Sequence record: OM141125.2
Reading direction: 5' to 3' (one strand)
Origin: Pseudomonas phage PP9W2
DNA length: 54,250 nucleotides
Shown: piece by piece, positions 28,296 through 37,618 of the stretch
Numbering within the stretch: the first letter of the stretch is position 1
How the letters are laid out: each line of letters begins with the position of its first letter
Translations under genes and position numbers: made by a program
Notes under the pieces: model-generated
Databases searched by the model: none
What the model was told of the DNA's origin: nothing
What the model saw: the letters and a program-made list of their open reading frames with translations, nothing else

Positions 28296-28609
28296 CACTC
28301 CCCACCTCCCATAGACTTGCCGATCTCGGCGGCGGCGCGCAGGATGGCTAGTCGAATGCACGTGTCCTGATAGAAGACATCGTTTTCAGCAGTTCTAAAC
28401 ATGACTGTCGGATTGCTCTTTGGGCTATGGATCTCCAGATTAAGCAGAACTGCCAGCCTCAGCGCGTCGCCGTCGTCGTGTCGTGGGTCCCATTGTCGCC
28501 ACCGCCCAGTCTCTGCCAGGATTAACGGGATGGAGATGGAGTGGTACGGGTATGAGAACTGATAGCCCGCCGCCCGCGCCGCCAGTTCGAGTAGTTCGCG
28601 GTCGGTCAT
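28295..28609 (-). CDS. hypothetical protein
   Basis: Operon-packed minus-strand ORF. Confidence 0.45.
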   Translation of the reverse strand: MTDRELLELAARAAGYQFSYPYHSISIPLILAETGRWRQWDPRHDDGDALRLAVLLNLEIHSPKSNPTVMFRTAENDVFYQDTCIRLAILRAAAEIGKSMGGGE

Positions 28610-29154
28610 GGCTTGTCTCCTTCCAGGGATGCTCCGATGATCCTTTCGATCTCGTCGCAGTGTTCGTAGATGTCATTCGGGTGGCTGCCGTTTTTCAAGC
28701 CGCTGACCATGTTCACGAGGTCTCGGGTAAGTGGGCGGAGATTCCCGTCGACCTCGGCTTGAACGGCATGTAGCGCTCCCCGCAGCGCATCGTTCTGCGC
28801 CCTCAGCCGGTCGCGCTCTTCGGCTCTACGCTTGGCGGCCTCGCGCCAATACCCACATCCGCCTGGATGCTCGGTGCATGCGGATAGTTCGTCGAGCAGC
28901 CTTTCGTTCTCCGCCTTGAGCCTGTCCCGCTCTTTCCTAGCATCATCGCGTGCTTGGCAGAGCGCCCTAAGTTCGGAGCTATCGCGGCCATGCTGAGCAA
29001 GCAAGCCGTCGATCTCGTCCAGCATGGCGAGGATGGTCTTTGGGTTGGCGGCGGAATCGAATAATTCCCAAGCAGAGGAGATCGGCTCATCCTCGCTCCG
29101 CTCAATTCGGATCACTTCTTCAGCCAGCCTCCGCAGCTCTGCGTGGTCGGTCAT
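28606..29154 (-). CDS. hypothetical coiled-coil protein
   Basis: Heptad-rich R/E/L sequence. Confidence 0.45.
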   Translation of the reverse strand: MTDHAELRRLAEEVIRIERSEDEPISSAWELFDSAANPKTILAMLDEIDGLLAQHGRDSSELRALCQARDDARKERDRLKAENERLLDELSACTEHPGGCGYWREAAKRRAEERDRLRAQNDALRGALHAVQAEVDGNLRPLTRDLVNMVSGLKNGSHPNDIYEHCDEIERIIGASLEGDKP

Positions 29155-29363
29155 GACTCTTCCCTCCGATAGAAGCCTAGGCGGTTGAGCGCCGCCTCTA
29201 AGTCGAAGTCAGTTGCGTCTTTCTTGGCGGAACCGAGCAACATGATGACGAACTGCTCGCCGCGTGGCGGACGAAAACCGAAGGTCATCTTATGACCATC
29301 ATCAGTCCATCCGACTTTGTTGAACGAACCTACGAAGGTCGCGTCACCGTCATGCAGTTCCAT
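29151..29363 (-). CDS. hypothetical protein
   Basis: Overlapping start/stop chain. Confidence 0.35.
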   Translation of the reverse strand: MELHDGDATFVGSFNKVGWTDDGHKMTFGFRPPRGEQFVIMLLGSAKKDATDFDLEAALNRLGFYRREES

Positions 29364-29643
29364 GCTTCACCTCGATTCCGGCTTGCTTGATGAACGCTGC
29401 GCAGGACCAGATGGCGCCGTTGACCATGTGCGCAATACCAGCGGCCATGTCGATGCCTTCCTCGTCGATGTTGAAATGCTCAACAACCTCTTCGGCGGTG
29501 ATCGTCGGCGGCAACTCCACCCTCAGAGCCGCGCGGCTGGCTTTCCAGATGACCTCGGCCCATCCCCTTGCGCAGGATTTGCGAAGTTCCGATTGCGCCG
29601 GCAAATTCCACCACGCTTCAAACTCTTCTCTCATGTCAGGCAC
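29350..29643 (-). CDS. hypothetical protein
   Basis: Overlapping start/stop chain. Confidence 0.4.
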   Translation of the reverse strand: MPDMREEFEAWWNLPAQSELRKSCARGWAEVIWKASRAALRVELPPTITAEEVVEHFNIDEEGIDMAAGIAHMVNGAIWSCAAFIKQAGIEVKHGTA

Positions 29644-29830
29644 GGTCAGACTCCTCTGAACGGATCACCTTGTTCATATCTCGCTTCATCGCATTGACCT
29701 TGTTCTGGAGTTCGTTCCACTCCGGGTCATTCAGCGAGAAGTCCTCCTGCTTGTGCATCTTCCGCTCCAGCCAGAGGGTGAAGCGCAATAGCATTCTGGT
29801 GAGTGGGAATCGGTTCACTGCTTGCTCCAT
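29636..29830 (-). CDS. hypothetical protein
   Basis: Overlapping start/stop chain. Confidence 0.35.
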   Translation of the reverse strand: MEQAVNRFPLTRMLLRFTLWLERKMHKQEDFSLNDPEWNELQNKVNAMKRDMNKVIRSEESDRA

Positions 29831-29961
29831 CGGCTCAACTCCTGTCCTTTCAACTCAGTCTGCTCGTAGAGGTTCTGCATATCCCCGGCGACCCGGAAGA
29901 CTCCAAGGACGAAGAGAACGATGACTATCACTGCGACCAGGGTTTCGTTTTCGTTGTCCAC
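29815..29961 (-). CDS. small single-TM protein (48 aa)
   Basis: VDNENETLVAVIVIVLFVLGVFRVAGDMQNLYEQTELKGQELSRWSKQ; GGAGG RBS, GTG start; below the track cutoff. Confidence 0.3.
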   Translation of the reverse strand: MDNENETLVAVIVIVLFVLGVFRVAGDMQNLYEQTELKGQELSRWSKQ

Positions 29962-30002
29962 TGTTGGTCCTCCGGGGGCGGATACGGTTGGGTTCGTTGG
30001 GG

Positions 30003-30293
30003 TTATTCGCCCGCTGCTTTGGAGATCAGGTGCATGAGCATTTCGCGCAGTTGCTCGCGCTCTAGCACTTGGCCGGTTTTCGCGTACTCATCGGCCTGGC
30101 GCAGGATCGCGTCGATCTCGAGGTTGAACATCGGCGAGAGCACGTCTGGCTCACACTGCTCGAGCAGCAACTGGATTGCGCGAGTCGGATGTGCCATCGC
30201 TACGCCGAGCCAGTTGTAAGCTGACGCGGTGCGGTAGTAGCGGAGGCCGGCGATCTCATGCCGGCGCGGCGGACGGAAGGGTTTCGTGCGCAT
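30003..30293 (-). CDS. hypothetical protein
   Basis: C-terminal 96 aa of a longer ORF; weak RBS and uncertain start. Confidence 0.3.
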   Translation of the reverse strand: MRTKPFRPPRRHEIAGLRYYRTASAYNWLGVAMAHPTRAIQLLLEQCEPDVLSPMFNLEIDAILRQADEYAKTGQVLEREQLREMLMHLISKAAGE

Positions 30294-30364
30294 ATTCAAT
30301 CCGGGTAGTGGGTAGCCCATTATCCGAATTGCTGTATATGCGTACAGTGGATGGCGATGGGTGG

Positions 30365-30568
30365 CTATGCCTGCTCCGGAAGGTACTGAAGCGCCCAGGT
30401 CGGGTGGAACCTCCTTGGCCTGCTTTCGCCGTCTAGCTTGATCATGAGGTGGGCGCCCTTTGCGCTTGTTATCGTCCCGTTCTCCTCGGTGCCGCGACCT
30501 CGGTAGATGACCTTTCCGCCTCGCTTGCAGGGAACGTTGTAGGCCCTGCGAATGAACTCCATGCTCAT
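30365..30568 (-). CDS. hypothetical protein (67 aa)
   Basis: MSMEFIRRAYNVPCKRGGKVIYRGRG... with a GGAGGG RBS. Confidence 0.4.
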   Translation of the reverse strand: MSMEFIRRAYNVPCKRGGKVIYRGRGTEENGTITSAKGAHLMIKLDGESRPRRFHPTWALQYLPEQA

Positions 30569-30990
30569 GGCTTCCCTCCATCCTGCTCGCTCAGCAGGGC
30601 GCGAATCTCTGGAGTTACCCGGTAGCATTCAGCCGGGAACGAGGTAGACCAGGCGCAGGCGCAGTACTCTTCTGGGCCGCGGCACGGCTCGTTCATCACC
30701 TGCTTGGCGATCAGTCCATGGCGTTCAGCGCTTTCCTGTATGTCTGCCCCATCGAAGCTTCCGCCATCGAGGGCTCCGCAGATGATCTCGCGCGCGAACT
30801 TGGCCATCCCCTGCACAAGCCCCTCGCTGACCACCACATGGCCCGCTGGAATAACTGCCAACTCCCGCACTTCATAGCCTGGCCAGTCCTGAGGGTTTGC
30901 TCTGACCATGTCGTGGTGCTCCTTGGAGCAGGGGCGCCAATCTCCCGGATGGCTTGTGAAGAACGAGTAGTACCGCTTCACCTCACTCAT
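30565..30990 (-). CDS. hypothetical protein (MSEVKR paralogue A)
   Basis: AAGGAGG RBS embedded in the repeat; shares its first 19 nt with the next gene. Confidence 0.45.
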   Translation of the reverse strand: MSEVKRYYSFFTSHPGDWRPCSKEHHDMVRANPQDWPGYEVRELAVIPAGHVVVSEGLVQGMAKFAREIICGALDGGSFDGADIQESAERHGLIAKQVMNEPCRGPEEYCACAWSTSFPAECYRVTPEIRALLSEQDGGKP

Positions 30991-31597
30991 GACCTACCTC
31001 CTTGCCGGGCGCGGCGGCGAGCAGCTCGGCCAGCGATATCTCTGGAGCCTTGCACTGGCCTGCGTCAGCAACAGCCATCGCTAGCGCGCGGTCGTCGACG
31101 AATTCTGAATTGCGGAATCGAGTCACCGTCTTCTGCATCTCGTCCACCTGTTCCTGCGTCCAGATTCCGCACTCGACGAGCATCCACCCCTCCGGCACGC
31201 TGTGCTGAGCCTGGTCGTCGTGGAGTTCTTCCAGCTTCTTGTCGATGCAGGTCAGACAGACATAGCCGCCCATCCAGTCGACGCGCAGCGGGGTGTGTTT
31301 GTACTCCCCGCAACCGGCGCAATTGGTTGCCTGGGTGCTGGCGTAAGTCCATCGGCTGCGCAGCTCTTTCTGTAGCTCGGTTACTTTCTCGCGTAGCTCC
31401 TGGATCTCCATCTCCATTCCGCCGCATTGCTGGCGAGCAGCATCACCCTTTGCTGCTGCGTCCTCAGCCATGGCCAGCTTGGCGGCGAGGGCGTCGTAGT
31501 CGGAGGCCGTCACCCACGCCCCTTCGCTGGACTCAACATGTTCACAGTCATCAATGTGAGCATGGTTCACATGGTCGAACCGCTTCACCTCACTCAT
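30983..31597 (-). CDS. hypothetical Cys-rich protein (MSEVKR paralogue B)
   Basis: CAGCGEYKH...CLTC zinc-ribbon-like region; contains an AQHSVPEG repeat. Confidence 0.45.
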   Translation of the reverse strand: MSEVKRFDHVNHAHIDDCEHVESSEGAWVTASDYDALAAKLAMAEDAAAKGDAARQQCGGMEMEIQELREKVTELQKELRSRWTYASTQATNCAGCGEYKHTPLRVDWMGGYVCLTCIDKKLEELHDDQAQHSVPEGWMLVECGIWTQEQVDEMQKTVTRFRNSEFVDDRALAMAVADAGQCKAPEISLAELLAAAPGKEVGHE

Positions 31598-31600
31598 GGT

Positions 31601-31876
31601 TCAGTCCTCCGGATACAGGTCGTACTTGCGGCAGATGGCATCCATTTCCGGGCGGGCGCGGAAAATCCAGAACTCCCCACCATCGACACTCACCTGATAG
31701 ATGTACTTTGTGCCCGGAAGGATCTTCCCTCGGTCGGATCGAACGGCCTCAACGATTAGCCAGTCATCCGCGTCAACGTCTTGCCTTCCGAAGCCGGCAC
31801 GGTCGAACCAGTAATAGGCATCACACTGATAGTGCTTCCGGGCCGTCCGAAGTTCGTCGCGTAACAGTTGCATCAC
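31601..31876 (-). CDS. hypothetical protein
   Basis: Same repeat-borne RBS as paralogue A. Confidence 0.4.
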   Translation of the reverse strand: MMQLLRDELRTARKHYQCDAYYWFDRAGFGRQDVDADDWLIVEAVRSDRGKILPGTKYIYQVSVDGGEFWIFRARPEMDAICRKYDLYPED

Positions 31877-32298
31877 GCCCCCTCCTTGCCGGGCGCGGCG
31901 GCGATGTACGCATCCAGCAGCTTCTGCGTATCGGTGCGGGCGACGCCCTTGTACAGCAGCGCCATCACGGCATCGTGCATTGCCTCCGTCTCGCGAACCG
32001 GGATCAGGGCTAGCCCCTCCGGCACGCTGTGCTGAGCCGAGTTGCCGGGCGCGGCGGCGAGCACCTTTTTCAATTCGCTGAGTGCGTATTTCGAAGTTGG
32101 GCGGTCGCCGTCAGCTTCTAGGGCGGCTACAACTAGCCCCAAAGCGCGCTTAAGTTGAGGTGCGATAGGCACGCTGTGCTGAGCCTGGGCTGTACGCAAC
32201 TCATGAATTCGGATTTCAAGGCGGCGTATGTGATCAGCCTGGGCGTCTATCTTCTTGCGCATGCCGATGATGTTTTCGTATTGGCTGATCATGCTCAC
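31873..32298 (-). CDS. hypothetical protein with internal AAAPG/AQHSVPEG repeats
   Basis: Two copies of the 25-nt repeat lie inside the ORF. Confidence 0.4.
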   Translation of the reverse strand: MSMISQYENIIGMRKKIDAQADHIRRLEIRIHELRTAQAQHSVPIAPQLKRALGLVVAALEADGDRPTSKYALSELKKVLAAAPGNSAQHSVPEGLALIPVRETEAMHDAVMALLYKGVARTDTQKLLDAYIAAAPGKEGA

Positions 32299-32816
32299 GG
32301 CTCCTCAGAGGCTCGGTTGTGAGTTTGTTCTGCTCGCTTCCATCGGAAGCCTTTGTACTTTTGGACATGTCCATTCAGGCAGCGATAGACGCCACGCCTG
32401 TCGAATCCATGACGACGGATAGATTTCGAAGATGGGAACCATATGCCGAAGCCGGCAACTTCTTCTGACTCGGCGATGATTGGAATTCCGTCTTGGTGGA
32501 GCAGTCCTTGTTGATAGGCATGCTTGATGTTCTCGGACGGTGTGCACCATTCAAGATTCGCTGCTGAGTTGTCTGTCTTTACGCCGTTGATGTGGTTTAT
32601 TTGCGTCTTGCAGTCAGGGTTTGGGATGAACGCAAGTGCAACGAGACGATGAACAAACATGTTTTTCTTCTGGCCATGCAGCCGGAATGTGATCTTCTCG
32701 TAGCCTTTCTTGTCTAGCTGAGTGGTCAGCTTTTTCCCAGTCTCGCCGTTGAAGATGCAGCCATCGTTGGTCGCCATGAAAGGATCAAAGCCAGGTATCG
32801 CGACCGCCTCATTCAT
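32295..32816 (-). CDS. HNH homing endonuclease (NUMOD4 plus HNH_3)
   Basis: IPGFDPF NUMOD4-like N-terminus and HINGVKTDNSAANLEWCTPSEN; about 50% GC. Confidence 0.7.
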   Translation of the reverse strand: MNEAVAIPGFDPFMATNDGCIFNGETGKKLTTQLDKKGYEKITFRLHGQKKNMFVHRLVALAFIPNPDCKTQINHINGVKTDNSAANLEWCTPSENIKHAYQQGLLHQDGIPIIAESEEVAGFGIWFPSSKSIRRHGFDRRGVYRCLNGHVQKYKGFRWKRAEQTHNRASEEP

Positions 32817-33861
32817 CTGGCACCTCCGGCCGCTCCTGCTTCTCCAGCTCCGCGACCCTGGCCAGGGCGGCGTCGCGCTCTGCCTTGAGCTTCTCGCTGA
32901 TACGGGCAACGTGCTCGCCCATCAAATCCATTGCACGGTTCCAGCGCGCTTCGACGATGCGCTCATGCTGCGCGACGGTCATCAGCGCATCAACGGTCAG
33001 TGTTCCGTCGCTGGCTGGCAGCGGAAGCGGTTTCTGTACTTCGGCAAATGGCGTCATCGTCAAGTCGTTCGATCGATACAGTCGTGCCACCACGACAGGC
33101 CGCTCCGCCTCTGCCTGCTCGGCCTGCGCCTTGGTCACGTCTGCCACGAAGAACCCGCAGTGCCGGCACTCGCGGCCGGTTTTTGTCTCGCCGTTGTCGT
33201 TCCACCACACACCCGCGAAGTCGTGCCGGCAGGTCTGTTCGGTGGTGCTGAAGCGGTGCTGCGTACCGCGCTCGGCGAGTTCCGGCGCATGGGAGGGTTG
33301 CGCCAGGGCGGCTTGATCAGGTGCAATTCGAGCGTGCGTGACCATCCAATCAAACACGTCCTTCATGTCATTCAGCGATACGCCAATGAACTTGCCGTCC
33401 TTCGTGCACAGGTCAAGCAGCCTCTCGCCACCCTTCATGAGCATCAGGAAATTTGGATTGAGTATGTTGGGTAGAACGGTGTTGTTCAGGTGATCATTCC
33501 AATCGCGCAGGCGCTCGATCTCGTCAGCGGCCTCCTCCTGGTGGCCAGGAAGTGCCTCACCTTTACGCAAAAGACCGATCAAATGTCGGTCATACTCTTT
33601 TGAGACTGGCGATGGAACCTCCTGTGCGCCCTTTGCCTGGAAGTCGCGCTCATCCCCGCCTGCCTGCTTTACCGATTCGCTGAGCGCCATACCTGTCTCG
33701 AAAACTTGTGCAAGATGTTCGTCGAGAGGAGGCAAGTCTGGCTCGCTTTCGTTGTGTACCGGGGAGCCGACGAGTTTGTCGAATGGACCGATGTGTGCCG
33801 GACAGGGATGGCGGAGGGAGCCGTTGCCGGAAGGGCAGGTGCATTCATTTGCTTTGGTCAT
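32809..33861 (-). CDS. hypothetical protein (350 aa, Cys clusters)
   Basis: Long ORF with CTCP...CPAH and CRHD...CRHC clusters. Confidence 0.45.
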   Translation of the reverse strand: MTKANECTCPSGNGSLRHPCPAHIGPFDKLVGSPVHNESEPDLPPLDEHLAQVFETGMALSESVKQAGGDERDFQAKGAQEVPSPVSKEYDRHLIGLLRKGEALPGHQEEAADEIERLRDWNDHLNNTVLPNILNPNFLMLMKGGERLLDLCTKDGKFIGVSLNDMKDVFDWMVTHARIAPDQAALAQPSHAPELAERGTQHRFSTTEQTCRHDFAGVWWNDNGETKTGRECRHCGFFVADVTKAQAEQAEAERPVVVARLYRSNDLTMTPFAEVQKPLPLPASDGTLTVDALMTVAQHERIVEARWNRAMDLMGEHVARISEKLKAERDAALARVAELEKQERPEVPDE

Positions 33862-34067
33862 GGGAGCTTTCTCCAGGCCTCGGTTTCGAGGTCAGAAACG
33901 GTTATCAGTCGGCGCCGTCGCTCGATGTTTTCGAGTTGAATGACCTCACCCAGGCTGTCGATGACTACCCAGTGAATGCCTGTTGGGAGGTGTAGGTAGC
34001 GTGCTGGCGCGGTAGAGGAGCAGAGGGCGTTTATGCGGCGGTATGCGGCGTTGTCGTCGAAGGGCAT
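33858..34067 (-). CDS. hypothetical protein
   Basis: ATGA-coupled to neighbouring genes. Confidence 0.35.
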   Translation of the reverse strand: MPFDDNAAYRRINALCSSTAPARYLHLPTGIHWVVIDSLGEVIQLENIERRRRLITVSDLETEAWRKLP

Positions 34068-34309
34068 GGCTCATCCTCCGGGTAGACCCGAACGCCCTCG
34101 GCGCCCTGGGCCTGGTTGATCGCCATCTGCTTAACCGCTCTCGCGAATAGCAGAATGTCGTCTGGGGTCATGAGCTGGCTTTCTTCGGGCCAGCCGGTGA
34201 CCGTCACACCGCCCTGGCGGTGATGCGCTGTTAGCTGGTGCATGGGGGTATTCCTGTGCGGGTAGGGGAGGCCGGTCATGGGGCCGGACAAGTAGACGCG
34301 GCGCATCAT
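34031..34309 (-). CDS. hypothetical protein (DUF4406-like N-terminus)
   Basis: MMRRVYLSGPMTGLPY motif. Confidence 0.3.
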   Translation of the reverse strand: MMRRVYLSGPMTGLPYPHRNTPMHQLTAHHRQGGVTVTGWPEESQLMTPDDILLFARAVKQMAINQAQGAEGVRVYPEDEPCPSTTTPHTAA

Positions 34310-35691
34310 GCGATTTGCTCCTTGGCGTCTCGAAAGATATCGAGTTGCGCCTCTGCTTCTGCTGTTTCCAGTGCGGCGGCGGTGACGCGCTCGAGTTCGT
34401 GTGCTATGCGCGCCTCGGCGATGGCAAGGTAGGGCGGCTCGCGCTCGATGCCGACGAACTCGAATCCTTCGCGTACCGCTGCCTTGCCGGTGCTACCGCT
34501 GCCCGTGAATGGGTCGAGCACCTTGCCGCCTGGAGGGGTGACCAGGCGCACCAGGTAGGCCATCAGGTCCGTCGGCTTCACCGTTGGGTGGTGGTTACCG
34601 GCTGCAGGCGGCTCGTAGCCATCGCGCCGTGTTATGTGCTTGCCGCTGGTGTTCGAGACCATGCCTCCACGCTGCTGGGGAAATTCATCGCACCCTTCGT
34701 TGCGGTCTTTCCTGCTGGCCTTGGCGCAGTAGAAGAAGCGAGCGGCGCTGCCGCCGGCGTCGTGCGGAGAGAAATGGGCATCAGGTGAGCCGGCGAAGGT
34801 GCCGTAGCTGTTGTGGGTCTTGTCGCTGTTGCGGGTTGCCAGCGGAGCCGCCTGCCCGGCATCGGCTGGGAACAACGCGACCACCTCGGTGCTCCCGTCG
34901 TGGATCAGGTTCGCGGGCCAGCGGCCAGCAACCGCACCGCCGCGCGGCCCTGGCTTCATTGCGAAGTTGGTGCCGCCGGTTTCAATGTAGCGACGCTCGG
35001 CGCTGGCTTCGCCGGACCGTGTGCGTGGTACATGCTCGTCGTGCCGGCAGGGAATTCCGCCAGACCCGGTACGCAGAGCCTCGCCGGTTGGGATGCGACA
35101 AGCGTCGATGTTCAGTGCCCCGGTACCGTGGGCCAGGACGTTCGCCGCGACCGTGCCAACCAGCGGCTTGCGGGCCATGCAGATGGGTTCGTGCCCCGGC
35201 TTGAGTGCGGTCCCCCAGCCTTCGAACTCGCCGGACAGGTTGTGCGATTTCGGGAATCCGCTGCCGAACACCCACATGATTTGGTCGCGGATCTCGAAGC
35301 CGGCCATTTCGATGCCGACCGCCATATGGTGGTAGGTGCGCGGCGAGGCGAATGACAGCAGGTGTCCACCCGGCCTCAGCACGCGCAGGCACTCGGCCGC
35401 CCATTCCAGCGTGAAGGCCTGAAAGGCAAGCATCCCTTTTGGGGTTAGGTCGTACTTCCCAGCTTCCGCAGCGACTGAACGATAGCCGCCGTTCGGCCCG
35501 GCATCAGGTGCGTGGCTGGGCATTTCCGCTCGTCGAGCTGCACGCGCCTCGATGTCGGCACCGTCCCAGGCTTTACCCATGAAGCGGATGCCGTAGGGCG
35601 GGTCAGTCACCACGCTGTCGAAGCTGTTGTCGGGAAATGTTTTGAGCACCTGCAGGCAGTCGCCAAGGTGCAGGCGATAAGGCAACTCCAT
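34306..35691 (-). CDS. DNA N6-adenine/N4-cytosine methyltransferase (orphan)
   Basis: VVTDPPYGI (motif IV) near the N-terminus and VLDPFTGSGSTGKAA (motif I) near the C-terminus: beta-class MTase order. No adjacent restriction gene. Confidence 0.85.
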   Translation of the reverse strand: MELPYRLHLGDCLQVLKTFPDNSFDSVVTDPPYGIRFMGKAWDGADIEARAARRAEMPSHAPDAGPNGGYRSVAAEAGKYDLTPKGMLAFQAFTLEWAAECLRVLRPGGHLLSFASPRTYHHMAVGIEMAGFEIRDQIMWVFGSGFPKSHNLSGEFEGWGTALKPGHEPICMARKPLVGTVAANVLAHGTGALNIDACRIPTGEALRTGSGGIPCRHDEHVPRTRSGEASAERRYIETGGTNFAMKPGPRGGAVAGRWPANLIHDGSTEVVALFPADAGQAAPLATRNSDKTHNSYGTFAGSPDAHFSPHDAGGSAARFFYCAKASRKDRNEGCDEFPQQRGGMVSNTSGKHITRRDGYEPPAAGNHHPTVKPTDLMAYLVRLVTPPGGKVLDPFTGSGSTGKAAVREGFEFVGIEREPPYLAIAEARIAHELERVTAAALETAEAEAQLDIFRDAKEQIA

Positions 35692-35922
35692 AGGGAATCC
35701 TCAGGACGAGCAGAGCCGCGCCAGGCTTGCTAGCGTCGGTGATCTGGTGGTGGTCAGGGATGGCAGACTTCGACGACGCGGTGATAGTCGCCACGGAAGG
35801 GCATGGCCTTGTAGCCCTGGTTCATGGGGTAGATTCCCCAGGACTGGCGAGAGCAGGCCGCCATCATCGCCGCGTACTTGATGACCTCGATGACGTCTTT
35901 CTTGATGTACATGACATGGCCC

Positions 35923-36258
35923 TCATGCACTCATCGCCGACTTGATCTGTGCCGAGTGGCTGCGGCTGACTGGAATCCAGTTCTCGGTTCCGAGCAGCAG
36001 CACTTCGCCGGCCTGGGTGTCGTCTGGCCGGCGCTTGAATATGCTGATCAGAGACCGGCGAACCAGGGCCTTACGGTGGGTGCGGATGAACTCGGCGGAG
36101 AACTCTGTTTCCAGGTTCTTGAGCGCATCGCTCAGAACCAGAAAGCCTTCCCGGTAGTACGCGATGACGTACTTATCCTCGGCGACGAAGTGGGTGATCT
36201 GCTCAAGCGGGATTTCCTTGGAGTGCTTGCCGCATGTGGCTTTGAGTACGGTTCTCAT
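35923..36258 (-). CDS. LytTR-domain DNA-binding protein
   Basis: IPLEQITHFVAEDKYVIAYYREG...FIRTHRKALVRRSLI. Confidence 0.5.
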   Translation of the reverse strand: MRTVLKATCGKHSKEIPLEQITHFVAEDKYVIAYYREGFLVLSDALKNLETEFSAEFIRTHRKALVRRSLISIFKRRPDDTQAGEVLLLGTENWIPVSRSHSAQIKSAMSA

Positions 36259-36881
36259 GCTGCTTTCCTCATGCGCTCTCGCATCTGATGTTCAAGCTCT
36301 GCCAACTCTTCCAGGAACGCTTTAACTTCGGACTCCATCTCGCGAATGCGTTCCTCGTCGCGGTGGTAGCGGAAGCACACGTACTGCAATTCATCAGGCA
36401 GGCGGTCGTCGAAGCTCACGAAGTCGACCCACTCGCGGCCGCTGCATGACATTTGGGCGAGCATCTGCCACTCGTACTGTGGGTCGTGCTTGCCCGACTG
36501 CATCGTGTAGATGTGGGTTGCGGTTGACGGGCATTTAATCTCGACGAGCCCATGCTCCCCCGCGAGGCCATCTGGCGACGCGCCAAATCCATCGATTCTC
36601 GGATGGATGATAAGGCCTGTTTCGATCGTCATTACGCCTGCATTGAACTCGTAGGCCGAGCGAGCAATCGGCTCCAGGTCGGTACCACGCTGCATTGCGG
36701 CGCTGGTGAATCCTTCCTCGCGCTTGCCGGTCAGGCGCTCGCACAGGAGCTGCATCATGTAGTTCTGGCGGGTAGCAGAAGGGGCGCCACTGCGCCCCTT
36801 TGCCATTACGTCCTTGACCTTGCTGGCGGTCACGCGGCCGAGTCGTGCCGCGAACCATTCATCACTACGCTGCTCGATCAT
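36255..36881 (-). CDS. YqaJ-like viral recombinase exonuclease
   Basis: MIEQRSDEWFAARLGRVTASK... with a GAGGAG RBS; paired with RecT. Confidence 0.7.
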   Translation of the reverse strand: MIEQRSDEWFAARLGRVTASKVKDVMAKGRSGAPSATRQNYMMQLLCERLTGKREEGFTSAAMQRGTDLEPIARSAYEFNAGVMTIETGLIIHPRIDGFGASPDGLAGEHGLVEIKCPSTATHIYTMQSGKHDPQYEWQMLAQMSCSGREWVDFVSFDDRLPDELQYVCFRYHRDEERIREMESEVKAFLEELAELEHQMRERMRKAA

Positions 36882-37611
36882 CGCCGGTCTCCTCGAATTC
36901 AACGTCGATAGGTTCCTCCAGAAGTTCTTTCTTCCGCTGGTCCTTGGCCGCCGTAAGCTGGTCGCGCGCGCCCTTTGTCTTGTAGGCTTTCCAGGCATTG
37001 CTGAATGCTGCCTGCAAGTCTTCCATTGTTGGGGAGTCCTTGATCAGGCATACCGCCTCGCTGACGTCCTCGTACTGTTCTGCGGGAGTGACGTCTCGTT
37101 CAACGATCCGCTCGGCCTCGTCCTGGTCGTATATGCCGGCGAACCCGAACGCGAGGCGTGCGCACTGGATCATTGCCTTGTGGCGAAGCATCCGGCGCGG
37201 ATGGGACTGCCAAGGCTGGGTGTTCCGCTTGCACTCGGCCATGTACTCAGTCGCGCTGATGGCATGGCTGCGGTCCTTCCGATAGATCTTGCAGGTGCAT
37301 TCGGTTCCCTGCTGGTCCATTGAGAATTCCATGCCATCGAACTGTGGGTTCTCGTTGATGATCCGAGCCCAGCCATCCACACCAACAACCGGCACGATGC
37401 CGTTGTTCTTGTCGGGGAATGCGTACAACTCCTTGGTGAAGGGGTTCAGCTTGTACTGGTCTGCCACGATCAGCAGGGCGACCATCTGCGAATCATTGAC
37501 CTGGCCCTTGAAACAGGTCTGCTTGAGCGTGTTCGCCACTTCTTCAGGCGTGGTACCCATCTCGTAGCGCGTGGCGAACTTCGTCAGGAGCGGTGTTAGT
37601 GCAGTTCCCAT
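36865..37611 (-). CDS. recT: RecT/Redbeta single-strand annealing protein
   Basis: RecT family pattern with conserved basic C-terminal region; sits adjacent to the exonuclease. Confidence 0.7.
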   Translation of the reverse strand: MGTALTPLLTKFATRYEMGTTPEEVANTLKQTCFKGQVNDSQMVALLIVADQYKLNPFTKELYAFPDKNNGIVPVVGVDGWARIINENPQFDGMEFSMDQQGTECTCKIYRKDRSHAISATEYMAECKRNTQPWQSHPRRMLRHKAMIQCARLAFGFAGIYDQDEAERIVERDVTPAEQYEDVSEAVCLIKDSPTMEDLQAAFSNAWKAYKTKGARDQLTAAKDQRKKELLEEPIDVEFEETGDDRAA

Positions 37612-37618
37612 GTGAACC

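Noticed and set aside
30003-30581. Full-length 192-aa version of the minus-strand ORF
   Set aside because: The N-terminal 96 residues are a basic low-complexity run that overlaps a better-supported gene (30365..30568, GGAGGG RBS) in another frame. Only the C-terminal part is kept, at low confidence.
30718-32013. 431-aa plus-strand ORF across the early-left region
   Set aside because: Extreme Arg/Pro/Ser composition; antisense to a chain of coupled minus-strand genes with RBSs.
35745-35900. 52-aa minus-strand ORF between the MTase and the LytTR gene
   Set aside because: It has a plausible RBS (GAGGG) but no distinguishing features. It was too uncertain to list as a feature.
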